DNA of 64,000 nucleotides from Longimicrobiales bacterium (GCA_965197725.1 CBDANQ010000049.1:1-64000), one strand, 5' to 3'; shown: positions 20,242 through 32,100, counted from the first letter of the stretch. Translations and numbers: made by a program. Notes: generated by a model not told the origin, from the letters alone.

Positions 20242-21237
20242 ATGAGCGATCACCCGCCGCGCACCGTCCGACTCGGCCCGGGGGCGGAGTTCGACCGGAT
20301 TCGCATGGCGATCACTCTTGGTGGTGAGCTGCCAGCGGCGGTCCGGGTCGGACCCGGTGACGACGCGACGGTCATCGAAGGCGGGTGGGTCCTGAGTACC
20401 GACATGTGCGTCGAGGACGTGCACTTCCGACGGAGCTGGCTCTCGGACCGTGAGATCGGGTACCGCGCGGCGGCGACCGCGCTCTCAGACCTCGCGGCCA
20501 TGGCGGCGACCCCCCTCGGGCTGCTGGTGTCCATTGCGGTCCCGGAGGCCCCAGACGTCGATTTGGAGGCACTGCAGGTCGGCCTTGAGGAAGCCGTGCA
20601 AGCGCTTGGTGGAGCGATTCTCGGTGGGGATCTCTCCCGCTCGCCAGGGCCCCTCGTGCTCGATGTCGTGGTCGTGGGCCGCACGCCGTGGCCGGTATTG
20701 CGGAATGGGGCTGAGGCCGGCGACGAGATCTGGGTGACCGGGCGCCTCGGCGCGAGCGCCGCCGCCGTCCAGGCTTGGCGCCAGGGGGGTGAGCCGTCCC
20801 CCCGAGCACGCGCAGCCTTCGCCCGTCCGACGCCGCGTATCGACGAAGCGTGCTGTCTGGTCGAGCGGGAATGGGTCGACGCGCTCATGGACATATCCGA
20901 CGGCCTAGCCGGTGACGTCGGCCATTTGGCTGCCGCGTCTGGCGTGAAGGTTGTCTTGGAGGCGGGTGCCGTCCCGATCGCCGACGCCGCCCTCGCTGCC
21001 CTCGGAGCCGAGGGCGCGCTGGAGGCGGCGCTGCATGGGGGCGAGGACTACGAGCTGCTCTTCGTCACCGACCCGGGGATCGTCGACGTGGCTCACTTCG
21101 AGGACCGCTTTGGGCTCGACTTGACCCGCGTCGGACATGTGCTCGAGGGGGAGGGCGTGTGGCTCGATCGCGGCGACGGGGAGCCACGGCCGCTGGGGCG
21201 AGCTGGTTTCGACCACTTCGGGAGCGGCGACCGGTGA
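20242..21237 (+). CDS. thiL: Thiamine-monophosphate kinase
   Basis: GPGDDA, LSDLAAM, GGD, MDISDGL, GGEDYEL. Confidence 0.94.
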   Translation: MSDHPPRTVRLGPGAEFDRIRMAITLGGELPAAVRVGPGDDATVIEGGWVLSTDMCVEDVHFRRSWLSDREIGYRAAATALSDLAAMAATPLGLLVSIAVPEAPDVDLEALQVGLEEAVQALGGAILGGDLSRSPGPLVLDVVVVGRTPWPVLRNGAEAGDEIWVTGRLGASAAAVQAWRQGGEPSPRARAAFARPTPRIDEACCLVEREWVDALMDISDGLAGDVGHLAAASGVKVVLEAGAVPIADAALAALGAEGALEAALHGGEDYELLFVTDPGIVDVAHFEDRFGLDLTRVGHVLEGEGVWLDRGDGEPRPLGRAGFDHFGSGDR

Positions 21238-21956
21238 TCCGTCTGTTCGCGCTGCTGGCGTTTGGGATCCCGGCCACGATCTGGTATGCGACGCGGATTG
21301 CGTGGGCCGTCTACCGAAACGCTGCGAACGCCGACTGTGTATGCGCGGAAGTCTCGCGCGCCTGGTCGAGGCTGATGCTCCGTATCGCCGGCGTGCGCGT
21401 CGAGGTCGAAGCGGCGGAAAACATCGACTCTGCGGCACGGCAGGTCGTGGTGGCGAATCACACGTCCTGGTTCGACCCTCTCGCCTTGGCCGGTTTCTGT
21501 CCCGGTCTATATGTGTTCGTGGCGAAGAAAGAAGTTGCGCGGGTGCCCTTCCTCGGCATGGCGGTCGGAGCGTGCGGGCACATCTACATCGATCGCGACG
21601 ACCGTGACCTCGCCGTGGAATCGCTGCGGATCGCGCGTCAGAGGTTGGAAGATGACGGTCCAAGCATCATCATGTTTCCTGAGGGGACACGCTCGCCGAC
21701 GGGGGAATTGCAGCGGTTCAAGAAGGGCGCGTTCGTTCTGGCGATTCAGGCCGGCGCCGAAGTGGTTCCGACCGCGGTCATCGGGTCCAGAGACGTGATG
21801 AGGAAAAATGCGATCCTTGTCCGGCCCGGCGTTATCCGGATCAGATTCGGGACTCCGATTCCGGTCCATTCGTACGACGTCGAACACAGAGACGACCTCG
21901 CCGACCGAGCTTGGCAGGCGCTGCGGGACCTGCAGACTTCGGCGACTCGGGCATAG
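21234..21956 (+). CDS. plsC: 1-acyl-sn-glycerol-3-phosphate acyltransferase
   Basis: NHTSWFD, FPEGTRS, FKKG; GTG overlaps the thiL stop. Confidence 0.9.
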   Translation: MIRLFALLAFGIPATIWYATRIAWAVYRNAANADCVCAEVSRAWSRLMLRIAGVRVEVEAAENIDSAARQVVVANHTSWFDPLALAGFCPGLYVFVAKKEVARVPFLGMAVGACGHIYIDRDDRDLAVESLRIARQRLEDDGPSIIMFPEGTRSPTGELQRFKKGAFVLAIQAGAEVVPTAVIGSRDVMRKNAILVRPGVIRIRFGTPIPVHSYDVEHRDDLADRAWQALRDLQTSATRA

Positions 21957-21970
21957 AGAGGGGAGGCTAG

Positions 21971-23254
<1,284 letters not shown>

Positions 23255-23259
23255 CGGTC

Positions 23260-23586
23260 GTGCACAGGCTGAAGAAGGCGATTCTGCCAGGCCTTCTGTT
23301 GCTCGCGGCGTACTACGCGGTGTTCGGGGGCGAGTACTCGTGGTTCGAGCTCAGGGACGCTCGGGCGGCGGTCGAGCGGGAGAAGGCCGATCTCGCCGAG
23401 CTCAACCGTCAGATCGATTCGCTCCGTGCATGGGCTGACTCCATGCAGATCGATTCCGTGACGCTCGAGCGCATCGCGCGCGAGCGCTTCGGCATGATTC
23501 AAGACGGCGAGATCCTCTATCGTTTCGCACAGCCTAGGGACAGCACGCTCCCGCTGACCGATACGACGAACGGGGCCACGCGGTAG
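23260..23586 (+). CDS. ftsB: Septum formation initiator FtsB/DivIC family
   Basis: TM helix, coiled coil, LERIARERFGM motif; directly after eno as in many bacteria. Confidence 0.82.
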   Translation: MHRLKKAILPGLLLLAAYYAVFGGEYSWFELRDARAAVEREKADLAELNRQIDSLRAWADSMQIDSVTLERIARERFGMIQDGEILYRFAQPRDSTLPLTDTTNGATR

Positions 23587-23623
23587 CAGCCAACCGCTTT
23601 GCTGTGGCTACGCCTCCGGGCGG

Positions 23624-24352
23624 CTACGACTCCGGAGTGGCTTCGTCCACGACCCGGAGCAGTTCCATCGCGAGCTCGTCGAGCGTCTCGAGCGTGGCCC
23701 GGTCCGAGCGCGTCCAAAACGGCCGCGCAAGCAGGACAGGCGTCACCAGCCACAGCAGGCTTGCCGCCAGCGGGCCCACGCTGAACGGTGTGATGGCACT
23801 CAAGCCGGCCCAACCGAGCAGCCCGAGGAACCAGTGCACGAGGTAGTGACCCGTACGGTCGGCCACGATCGAGACGTCGCTGGCTCCCTCGCCTGAGACG
23901 GTCACGGTCGTTCGCCCCACGCCATGACTTTCGCGCCATACGAAGCGCTCGGGGTCGTCCTCCAGGATGTCACCGGAGCGGCCGAGAACCTTTTCCGCCA
24001 CACGCGCCAGGCTACGGCGATCGGGCGGCAGGCCGCCGAGCATGCTCGCTCGGACCTCGCGCCGCTCGGGGGCTCCGAGCGTCGCCGCCAGGGCCCCGGT
24101 TCCGCCGACCTTCTCGATCGACGCGGACCTACGCACCGCCAGCGGATCGAGACCGACGTCGCGGGCGACCTCCATGAGCTCCGTCACGGTCAGGTCGTGC
24201 TGCGCCGGTACGTGTCGTGACTCCTCGGACTTGGCGGCGCGTCGAAGGATGGCATCGATTTCGCCCGCCGGAAATCGCCGGCCCGAAGATGGCGCCGCCG
24301 GCCCAGGCTCATCGCGCCGGGCCGGCACGCCGCCGTGCTTCGACTCGCTCAT
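23624..24352 (-). CDS. Hypothetical membrane protein
   Basis: Soluble N-terminus (ILRRAA...ELMEVARDVGLD), two C-terminal TM segments; co-oriented with the SPFH gene. Confidence 0.65.
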   Translation of the reverse strand: MSESKHGGVPARRDEPGPAAPSSGRRFPAGEIDAILRRAAKSEESRHVPAQHDLTVTELMEVARDVGLDPLAVRRSASIEKVGGTGALAATLGAPERREVRASMLGGLPPDRRSLARVAEKVLGRSGDILEDDPERFVWRESHGVGRTTVTVSGEGASDVSIVADRTGHYLVHWFLGLLGWAGLSAITPFSVGPLAASLLWLVTPVLLARPFWTRSDRATLETLDELAMELLRVVDEATPES

Positions 24353-24361
24353 GCCTCGCGG

Positions 24362-25294
24362 CTACTCGGTGTCGTCTGGTCCAGTCAGCACCTTCTCCGT
24401 GCCCTCGCCCTCCGCCGCCATACCGATCATTTTTTTCGCCACGCTCTGGAGTTGGCTGGATTCCCCGCTGCCGGGCAGGGCCTCCGCAAGCGTTTCGGCA
24501 GCGACCTTGAGCGCGCGTGCCTGCGCCTCCTCGCTGGCTGGCTCACCTGGATCGACGAACGGCTTGAACAACTCGATGGGGATCGGGAAGAGCGTCGTCG
24601 AGTTGTTTTCCGCAGCGACCTCAGTCACGGTCTGCAGGAATCGGAGCTGCATCGCGACGGGGAACTCCTGAATGATCTCAGCGGCTGCCGCGAGCTTGGC
24701 AGACGCCTGATACTCACCCTGAGCGTTGATCACCTTCGCGCGCCGCTCGCGCTCGGCCTCGGCCTGCTTGGCCATGGCCCGCTTCATCTCCTGCGGTAGA
24801 TCGATATCCTTGACTTCGACGGCAGTGACCTCGATGCCCCACGGGTCCGTGCCCTGGTCGATGATCTTACGGACGCTCTCGTTGATCCTGTCCCGTTCGG
24901 CGAGCAGCTCATCCAATTCCGACTGGCCGATGACCGAGCGCAGTGTGGTCTGCGCCAACTGGCTCGTCGCGAAGTAGTAGTCTTCGATCTCGATAACCGC
25001 GGTCGTGGGATCGGCGACGCGGAAGTAGACGACCGCGTTCACGCGGACGCTCACGTTGTCCTTCGTGATCGTGTCCTGAGGCGCGATGTCCAGTGCCACG
25101 ATACGCAGGTCCATCTTCTTCATGCGCTCGATGCCCCAGGGCACGAGGAAGATGAGCCCGGGGCCCTTGGCGCGGGTGAGCTTCCCGAGCCGAAAGACCA
25201 CGCCGCGTTCGTATTCCATAAGGATCCTGAGGCTGGTGAGGATCGTCACACCGAGGACGGCCGCTGCACCGATCGCAATACTCGCGGGATCCAT
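24362..25294 (-). CDS. SPFH/stomatin-like (slipin) protein
   Basis: [44 protein letters not shown]. Confidence 0.93.
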   Translation of the reverse strand: MDPASIAIGAAAVLGVTILTSLRILMEYERGVVFRLGKLTRAKGPGLIFLVPWGIERMKKMDLRIVALDIAPQDTITKDNVSVRVNAVVYFRVADPTTAVIEIEDYYFATSQLAQTTLRSVIGQSELDELLAERDRINESVRKIIDQGTDPWGIEVTAVEVKDIDLPQEMKRAMAKQAEAERERRAKVINAQGEYQASAKLAAAAEIIQEFPVAMQLRFLQTVTEVAAENNSTTLFPIPIELFKPFVDPGEPASEEAQARALKVAAETLAEALPGSGESSQLQSVAKKMIGMAAEGEGTEKVLTGPDDTE

Positions 25295-25406
25295 GGATCC
25301 TCCGGGCAAAGAGGGAGGGACACCCCTGGATACGGGGATCCTCGAAAGGCTGTTCATGTCCCGTCGGGAGTGAGCGTCGCAGGCGGAGCAACGCAGCGCA
25401 AGCCGG

Positions 25407-25435
25407 TTGACACGACCCCACGGCCAGATCAGCTT
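25407..25435 (+). promoter_or_regulatory. Putative tRNA promoter TTGACA-N17-CAGCTT
   Basis: Consensus -35 with 17-bp spacing to a weak -10, just upstream of the tRNA. Confidence 0.45.
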
Positions 25436-25446
25436 TTTTCCCCATT

Positions 25447-25520
25447 GCCGGAGTAGCTCAGTTGGTCAGAGCAGCGGAATCATAATCCGCGTGTCGGGGG
25501 TTCAAGTCCCTCCTCCGGCA
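25447..25520 (+). tRNA. tRNA-Met (CAT), CCA not encoded
   Basis: Acceptor GCCGGAG/CTCCGGC-A; D arm GCTC..GAGC; anticodon stem GCGGA/TCCGC with loop ATCATAA; T loop TTCAAGT. Paired G1-C72 argues against the initiator; Ile2 not fully excluded. Confidence 0.93.
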
Positions 25521-25541
25521 CTGAGGCGGCGGAAGGACTGC

Positions 25542-25575
25542 CGGCCTCTCGGGGTTCTCCCGAGGGGCCGCTTTC
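25542..25575 (+). terminator. Hairpin terminator after the tRNA
   Basis: 12-bp stem CGGCCTCTCGGG/CCCGAGGGGCCG (one G-U), followed by CTTTC. Confidence 0.6.
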
Positions 25576-25624
25576 GTGCCCATTTGTTGCCGATCTGTTG
25601 CATGGCGGCGGGGTGACTCCGTCG

Positions 25625-25723
25625 TCAGGCCCCGCCGAGCATGGCGTCGAGTGCCTCGGCGGCGCCCTCCTGCGTGTCGGGCAGGCTGGCTGAGTAAACG
25701 TCGAGCGTGAAGGCCACAGAGGC
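25625..25723 (-). pseudogene. C-terminal remnant of a tyrosine integrase
   Basis: Minus-strand translation ASVAFTLDVYSASLPDTQEGAAEALDAML* matches the (LGH)ASxxxTLDVY..LP..Q..AA tail containing the catalytic Tyr; adjacent to the tRNA 3' end. Confidence 0.75.
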
Positions 25724-26007
25724 CTGCTCGCCCACGTCCGCCTGCAAGCGCCTCGGTTCCGTCCTAACCGGTCCGGCAGGTCACTTCGGACAGCGAGACA
25801 GCGGCCAGCACGACGAGCACGAAGCGGGGCTGTGGCGGCACCTCACAAATGCGGTGTCTGCCTGCCGTCCCGGCCTGCCCGCTGCCTGGCGATGGGGTGG
25901 CGAAAACACCGGCCAAATCCGTCAACCGCGCCCAATCGCGCGGCAACACGGCGGCAACACGTCCACTCAGAGCTCTTGTTTTATGCGGGTCCTGAGCCGA
26001 CCAGCGC

Positions 26008-26096
26008 CAGCCCTTCCGCTCAACGGGCCTCGCGAGAGTGATCATCGTGAGCGGGCTGCTCGCGCTGGGGCTGCCGTGGGTGTTGCTGTAGTCGCG
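26008..26096 (+). repeat. Imperfect direct repeat, copy 1 (upstream of the LRR gene)
   Basis: CAGCCCTTCCGCTC ... TCGTGAGCGG ... CTGGGGCTGCCGTGGGTGTTGCTGTAGTCGCG. Confidence 0.8.
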
Positions 26097-26196
26097 TTCG
26101 GGACCGTCATTACGTAGGGGCGCAGGCCAGCTGTAGACGCCCAGGACGACCTACCCGACGCCAAGACCTTTAGGCCGTTTGTCAGGAGGGTCTGGA

Positions 26197-27042
26197 ATGA
26201 ATCGATGTGTACTACGGCTCATCTTCGTCTGTGTTCTTCTCCCGCTCGGCTGCGGCGACCCCACCGGTCCACGACCCAGCGAGCTTTGCAGCGATCACCC
26301 GGACGCGGCCATCGCGACGTTCGAGGATGCTAACCTGGAGGCAGCGATCCGGGCTGCACTCTCGGTCGGTGCCCAGGAGGATCTCACCTGCGGCCTGGCA
26401 TCGGCCCTGACGGCCCTGACGGCCCCCAGCGCTTGGCTCGTGAGCCTGCTTGGGATCCAGAATCTCACGAGCCTGACGTTCCTCGACCTCCGCAGCAACT
26501 CGATCACGGACATCAACGCGCTGAGCGGGCTCACGAGCCTGACGGTCCTCGGCCTCGGCGGAAACTCGATCACCGATATCAGCGCGTTGAGCGGGCTCAC
26601 GAGCCTGACGTTCCTCGACCTCTCGAGGAACTCGATCACGGACATCAGCCCGCTGAGCGGGCTCACGAGCCTGACGACCCTTTTCCTCGACAACAACTCG
26701 ATCACCGACATCAGCCCGCTGAGCGGGCTCACGAGCCTGACGACCCTTTTCCTCGACAACAACTCGATCACCGACATCAGTCCGCTGAGCGGGCTCACGA
26801 GCCTGACGACCCTTTTCCTCGACAACAACTCGATCACCGACATCAGCCCGCTGAGCGGGCTCACGAGCCTGACGACGTTATTACTCATGTCCAATCCGGA
26901 CCTCAGCAACATCCAGCCCCTCTTGGACAACACAGGGCTCGGGGCCGGCGACGCGGTCTGGCTCAACAGCACGAAGGTGAGCTGCACGGACGCGGCCGCG
27001 TTGGAAGCCAAGGGCGTCAGGGTGTCCGACGATTGCTCGTGA
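26197..27042 (+). CDS. Internalin-like leucine-rich-repeat lipoprotein
   Basis: AGGAGG RBS; lipobox LPLG-C19; FEDANLEAAIR cap; 22-aa LTSLTxLxLxxNSITDISPLSG repeats; C-terminal cap. Confidence 0.92.
   Translation: MNRCVLRLIFVCVLLPLGCGDPTGPRPSELCSDHPDAAIATFEDANLEAAIRAALSVGAQEDLTCGLASALTALTAPSAWLVSLLGIQNLTSLTFLDLRSNSITDINALSGLTSLTVLGLGGNSITDISALSGLTSLTFLDLSRNSITDISPLSGLTSLTTLFLDNNSITDISPLSGLTSLTTLFLDNNSITDISPLSGLTSLTTLFLDNNSITDISPLSGLTSLTTLLLMSNPDLSNIQPLLDNTGLGAGDAVWLNSTKVSCTDAAALEAKGVRVSDDCS
26464..26876 (+). repeat. 66-bp coding tandem repeat, six full units plus a partial seventh
   Basis: Units start at 26464, 26530, 26596, 26662, 26728, 26794, 26860; units 4-6 are nearly identical at DNA level. 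Confidence 0.95.
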
Positions 27043-27069
27043 AGGGCCTTTCCGGCCAGCATCGTCCTT

Positions 27070-27143
27070 CAGCCCTTCCGCTCGATGGGCTTCGTGAGCG
27101 GACTTTGCGCCCTGGGGCTGCCGTTGGTGTTGCTGTAGTGGCG
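27070..27143 (+). repeat. Imperfect direct repeat, copy 2 (downstream of the LRR gene)
   Basis: CAGCCCTTCCGCTC ... TCGTGAGCGG ... CTGGGGCTGCCGTTGGTGTTGCTGTAGTGGCG. Confidence 0.8.
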
Positions 27144-27279
27144 ATTCTGGGCTTCCGAATGGGCTTCTGCATGGCCTACCAACCCGCTCCTAGAACGACG
27201 GGCACTTAACTGATTAGCAGGCCACATCCGTCCACGCCTGACCCCATAGGTGAACGCCTCGGGCCGGCCGTAGCAGGGA

Positions 27280-29127
27280 TTACGCGGTCGCGCTGACGCC
27301 TGCCTCACCTAGCACACGCAGCGCTACGTCGACGCGCCGGCTGGGGGCGCTGAGGTGGTATCCTTGCACGTGCGGCCGCACCGCTTCGATCATCTCGAGA
27401 GCGATGCGCACGCCTTCCTCGAGGGCGGCGTCAGAACCGCTTTTCTGGGCGCTGCGCATGCGCTCGACGATCTCATCGGGTACGACCACGCCCGGCACCT
27501 CGTACGCGAGAAACTCGGCGTTCCGGAGGTTCAGAAAGGGCCAAATCCCCGCGATGACCGGGATGCTTGCGCTTCCCGCGCGCTCGAGGAATCGCTCGAG
27601 TGCTTCCGGGTCGAAGATCGGTTGGGTGACGGCGAAGTCGGCTCCCGCCTCGACCTTGTATCGGTAGCGCTCGACTTCGCGCTCTTGATCGACCGCGCGA
27701 GGATTGGCTGCGACGCCCTGCACGAACTCCGTGGGCGCCCCGATCGAGTTGCCGCCCGGATCGATGCCGCGGTTCAGACCGTTCACGACGTTGGTCAGCC
27801 CGATGGAGTCGATGTCGAACACTGCGGTCGTGTCCGGATAGGGACCCTGCGGCAGCGGTTCACCACTGACCAGGAGAACGTTACGAATACCCGCAGCGGC
27901 GGCTCCCAGGAGGTCCGAGGTCATGCCGAGCATGTTGCGGTCCCTGCAGGTGTAGTGAACCAGCGATTCAATGCCGACCTCGTGTTCGACGATCAGCGCG
28001 GCGTAGAGAGCACCCATTCGGCTGAGCGATCTCGGGTTGTCCACGATCGCCAGCGCATCGACTCCCGCAACCTTCAAGCGCTGGGCGGGCTCGACCAGCG
28101 CGACCCGGTCCCAGCCGCGTGGCGGAATGATCTCCACCGACACTACCGGCTCCCCCTGAGCCAGTTTGCGGCCCCATGCGGAGCGAACATCGAGGGGTAC
28201 CGGTTCTCGGGCTGCGTCGACGCCCGCTGCCGCCACGGGCTCGGCGACAAAGACGTTCTTCGGTTGCAGCGAAGCCACCGCGATCCGGATCTGCTTCACG
28301 TGGTCCGGGTTTGTGCCGCAGCACCCCCCCACGAAGCGCACCCCCGCATCGATCATGCGCTTCGCGTATTGCGCCATGTATTCGGGGCTGGCGAGATACA
28401 TTTTTCGATCTCGGACGGTACGGGGCAGGCCGGCATTAGGCTGCGCGACCAGCGGCAAGTTGGTCGCTTCCGCCATCTCCTCGATGGCATCGAGCATGAC
28501 CGCTGGGCCGACGGAACAGTTCAGGCCGATGACGTCGGCTCCGAGCTCGGTCAGTTCACGTGCGATCAGCGTCGCGTCGTTTCCGTACGCGGTCTTACCG
28601 CCCACCCCCACGGTCATCTGCGCGATGATCGGGAGGTCGGTCAGGTCTCGCACAGCCGCAACCGCGCACCCGATTTCGCTCATGTCTGAGAACGTCTCGA
28701 GCACGAAGCCGTCGACCCCGCCCTCGAGCAGCCCGTTCACCTGTCTTGTGAAGAGGTCGACCGCCTCTTCACGGGCTGTCGGGCCCCACGGCTCGATGCG
28801 AATGCCGAGCGGCCCGATGGCGCCTGCGACGCTTGCGCGATCGCCCGCGGCGGCTCGCGCCAGCTCGGCTGCCGCCTGGTTGATCTCTTCGGTCTGCTCC
28901 GCTAGCCCGTACGACGACAGCTTCACCGGGTTGGCGCCGAACGTGTTCGTCTCGAGGATCTCGGCGCCGGCCGAAACATATTCGTCGTGGATCTGACGCA
29001 CGAGCTCAGGCCGGCGCCTGTTCAGCTCATCGTAGCACACGTTGACGAACACGCCGCGGCCGTAAAGAAGCGTGCCCATCGCCCCGTCGAATACGTGAAC
29101 GAGTCCATCGTCAATCAAGGCTCTCAC
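27280..29127 (-). CDS. Bifunctional homocysteine S-methyltransferase / methylenetetrahydrofolate reductase (YitJ-like)
   Basis: DGAMGT, GLNCS, GGCCGT, then MTHFR motifs ([21 protein letters not shown]); GTG start overlaps the metH stop. Confidence 0.92.
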   Translation of the reverse strand: MRALIDDGLVHVFDGAMGTLLYGRGVFVNVCYDELNRRRPELVRQIHDEYVSAGAEILETNTFGANPVKLSSYGLAEQTEEINQAAAELARAAAGDRASVAGAIGPLGIRIEPWGPTAREEAVDLFTRQVNGLLEGGVDGFVLETFSDMSEIGCAVAAVRDLTDLPIIAQMTVGVGGKTAYGNDATLIARELTELGADVIGLNCSVGPAVMLDAIEEMAEATNLPLVAQPNAGLPRTVRDRKMYLASPEYMAQYAKRMIDAGVRFVGGCCGTNPDHVKQIRIAVASLQPKNVFVAEPVAAAGVDAAREPVPLDVRSAWGRKLAQGEPVVSVEIIPPRGWDRVALVEPAQRLKVAGVDALAIVDNPRSLSRMGALYAALIVEHEVGIESLVHYTCRDRNMLGMTSDLLGAAAAGIRNVLLVSGEPLPQGPYPDTTAVFDIDSIGLTNVVNGLNRGIDPGGNSIGAPTEFVQGVAANPRAVDQEREVERYRYKVEAGADFAVTQPIFDPEALERFLERAGSASIPVIAGIWPFLNLRNAEFLAYEVPGVVVPDEIVERMRSAQKSGSDAALEEGVRIALEMIEAVRPHVQGYHLSAPSRRVDVALRVLGEAGVSATA

Positions 29128-32100
29128 CGCGAGCTTCCTTCCGGATCGTACCCTAGGTTGGGCGACAACCACTGCTCGGCTTCCGCCACGGTCCACGCTT
29201 TCCGCTCGGCGTAATCCTCGACCTGATCACGCCCGATCCTGCCCACGCCGAAGTACACCGCGTCGGGATGCGACAGATACCAACCGCTCACGGATGCCGT
29301 TGGGGTCATCGCGAAGCTTTCGGTGAGTCCGATTCCGAGCGTGGCATCGACGTCGAGCAGCTCGAACAGCGTGCGCTTCTCGGTATGGTCCGGACACGCG
29401 GGGTATCCAGGTGCCGGGCGCACACCTCGGTAGGCTTCCCCGACCAGCGCGTCGTACGACAGCCGCTCTTCCGGCGCATATCCCCACAGCTTGCGCCGCA
29501 CGCGTTCGTGCATGAGCTCGGACAGCGCCTCCGCGAGTCGGTCGGCGAGCGACTTCACCAGGATCGCGGTGTAGTCGTCGCCGGCGTCCTCCAGCTCACG
29601 CGCCATCTCCTCCACCTCGATCCCGGTCGTAACCGCGAAGCCACCGATCCAGTCGGGCTTTCCGGAGTCAGCCGGGGCCACGAAGTCGGCTAAACAACGG
29701 TTCGTGCGCCCCTCCTTCGCGAACTGTTGGCGGAGGTGGTGGAGAACGGCGCGGCGTTCTGTACGAGCATCGTCCGTGTAGAGCTCGAGGTCGTCTCCGA
29801 TCGCGTTGGCCGGGAAAAAACCCACGACGGCGCACGCGCGCACGCGTCGCTCCGCGACGAGCCTGTCCAGCAGTGACTCGGCATCCCCGAGGAGGATACG
29901 CGCTTGCTCTCCGACGACCCCGTCATCGAGAATGGCGGGATACTTGCCTGCCAACTCCCACGCTTGGAAGAACGGCGTCCAATCGATGTATTCCCGCAAC
30001 TCCGCGATCTCCACGTCGAAGACGTGAACCCCCGGCCGTGACGGTGCAGGTGGGTCGTATGACTCCCAGTCCAGCGCCTCGGACCGCGCCCGCGCGACCG
30101 CGATCGGGAGCAATTCCGTGCGCGCGGCGTGCGCGGCTCGGCGCTCGCGTTCGGCTTCGTGACCAGCCCGCATTTCAGCGACAAACGCGTCTCGACGTTC
30201 GTCGTCGAGCAGGGCCGAGACGACCCCGACCGCTCGGGAGGCGTCCAGCACGTGAACGGTAGTGCCGTCATAGTTGTGCTCGATTTTCACGGCGGTGTGG
30301 GCTTTGGACGTCGTCGCGCCTCCGATCAGCAGCGGGGCGTGGAATCCGGTCCTTTGCATCTCCTGGGCGACGTGCACCATTTGGCCGAGCGAAGGCGTGA
30401 TCAGTCCGGACAGACCGATCACGTCGACAGCCTCCGCTCGCGCGGTCTCCAAGATACGTTCGGCGGGCACCATCACCCCGAGATCGACCACCGCGTAGCC
30501 GTTACACTGCAGCACGACGCCCACGATGTTCTTGCCGATGTCGTGCACGTCCCCCTTCACCGTGGCGAGCAGGACCTTGCCTTTGGCGGTCGTGCCTGTC
30601 TTCTCGGCTTCCAGGAACGGGAGGAGACATGCCACCGCCTTCTTCATGACGCGCGCGCTCTTCACGACCTGTGGCAAGAACATGCGTCCGCTCCCGAACA
30701 GGTCGCCGACGACGTTCATGCCGTCCATGAGCGGTCCTTCAATCACGTCGAGCGCTCGGGGCAGCTTTTGGCGCGCCTCCTCCGCGTCCTCTTCGACGAA
30801 TTGATCGATGCCCTGGACGAGCGCGTGCGACAGCCGCTCGTGCACGTCCAGCTCCCGCCAGGTCAGATCCTCCTGTCTGCGACGCTCCGTGGTGCCCCTC
30901 CGTTCGAGAGCGAGCTGAGTGAGTACCTCCGTCGCCCCCTGAGATCGCGCGAAGAGAACGTCCTCCACGGGCTCGAGCAGGTCGGCCGGAATCTCGTCAT
31001 AGACGGGTAGGGCACCCGCGTTCACGATGCCCATGTCGAGTCCGGCGTCGATGGCGTGGTAGAGGAAGGAGGCGTGCATCGCCTCTCTCACCTCCGGGCT
31101 GCCCCGGAACGAGAACGAAACGTTGCTGATGCCCCCGCTCGTCAGCGCGTGGGGACACGCCTGCTTGATTCGCCGCACCGCCTCGATGAACCGGATCGCG
31201 TACTGGTCGTGCTCTTCGATTCCTGTCGCGACCGCGAAGACATTGGCGTCGAAAATGACGTCCTCGGGAAGGAAGCCCTCTTCGTCCACGAGGATCCGAT
31301 ACGCACGCTCGCAGATCTCCACCTTGCGCTCGAGAGTGTCCGCCTGACCCTCCTCGTCGAACGCCATGACGACGGCGGCGGCGCCGTAGCGCCGCACGGC
31401 GCGCGCGCGTTCGCGGAACGCGTCCTCGCCGTCCTTCAGCGAGATCGAATTCACGACTCCTTTGCCCTGAAGCGTCTTGAGGCCGGCTTCGATCACGTCC
31501 CAGTCGGAGGAGTCGACCATCACGGGGACGCGGGCGATTTCCGGCTCCGACGCGAGTAGGTTGAGGAAGCGCGGCATCGCAGCGGCTCCGTCGAGCAGTC
31601 CCTCGTCCATGTTCACGTCGATGATCTGCGCTCCACCTTGAACCTGCTGACGCGCGACCTCGACCGCGGCTCCATGGTCACCCTCCTTGATGAGGCTAGC
31701 GAATCGCCTGGAGCCCGAGACGTTGGTGCGTTCGCCGACGTTGACGAACAGCGAGTCCGGACCGATCGTCAGCGGCTCGAGCCCGGAGAGCCGGGTTCGC
31801 TGGGGCGGCTCCGGCACCTGGCGTGGCGCGCGCCCCGCGACGGTCTCCGCGATCGCCCGGATGTGGTCTGGGGTCGTCCCGCAGCAGCCGCCCACGATGT
31901 TCAGGAAACCCGCGTCCACGAAGTCGGAGGTCACACTCGCCATGTGGTCCGGGGTGTCGTCGTACTCGCCAAACTCGTTCGGAAGCCCCGCGTTGGGGTA
32001 GCAGCTGATCGGTAACCGTGCCACGTCGGACAGCTCTTCCAGATGCGGTCGCAGCTGGTCGATCCCGAGCGCGCAATTGAGCCCCACGCTGAGGAGTCCG

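Noticed and set aside
26464..26876. Regular repeats as a possible CRISPR array
   Set aside because: In-frame 66-bp coding LRR units with no unique spacers; no cas genes in the window.
26008..27143. Flanking repeats as integron attC sites or a diversity-generating retroelement
   Set aside because: No RYYYAAC...GTTRRRY ends or long palindrome; no reverse transcriptase; differences are not adenine-specific.
27150..27280. attR duplicate of the tRNA-Met 3' end
   Set aside because: No copy of TTCAAGTCCCTCCTCCGGCA seen by eye, so the island's right boundary is undefined.
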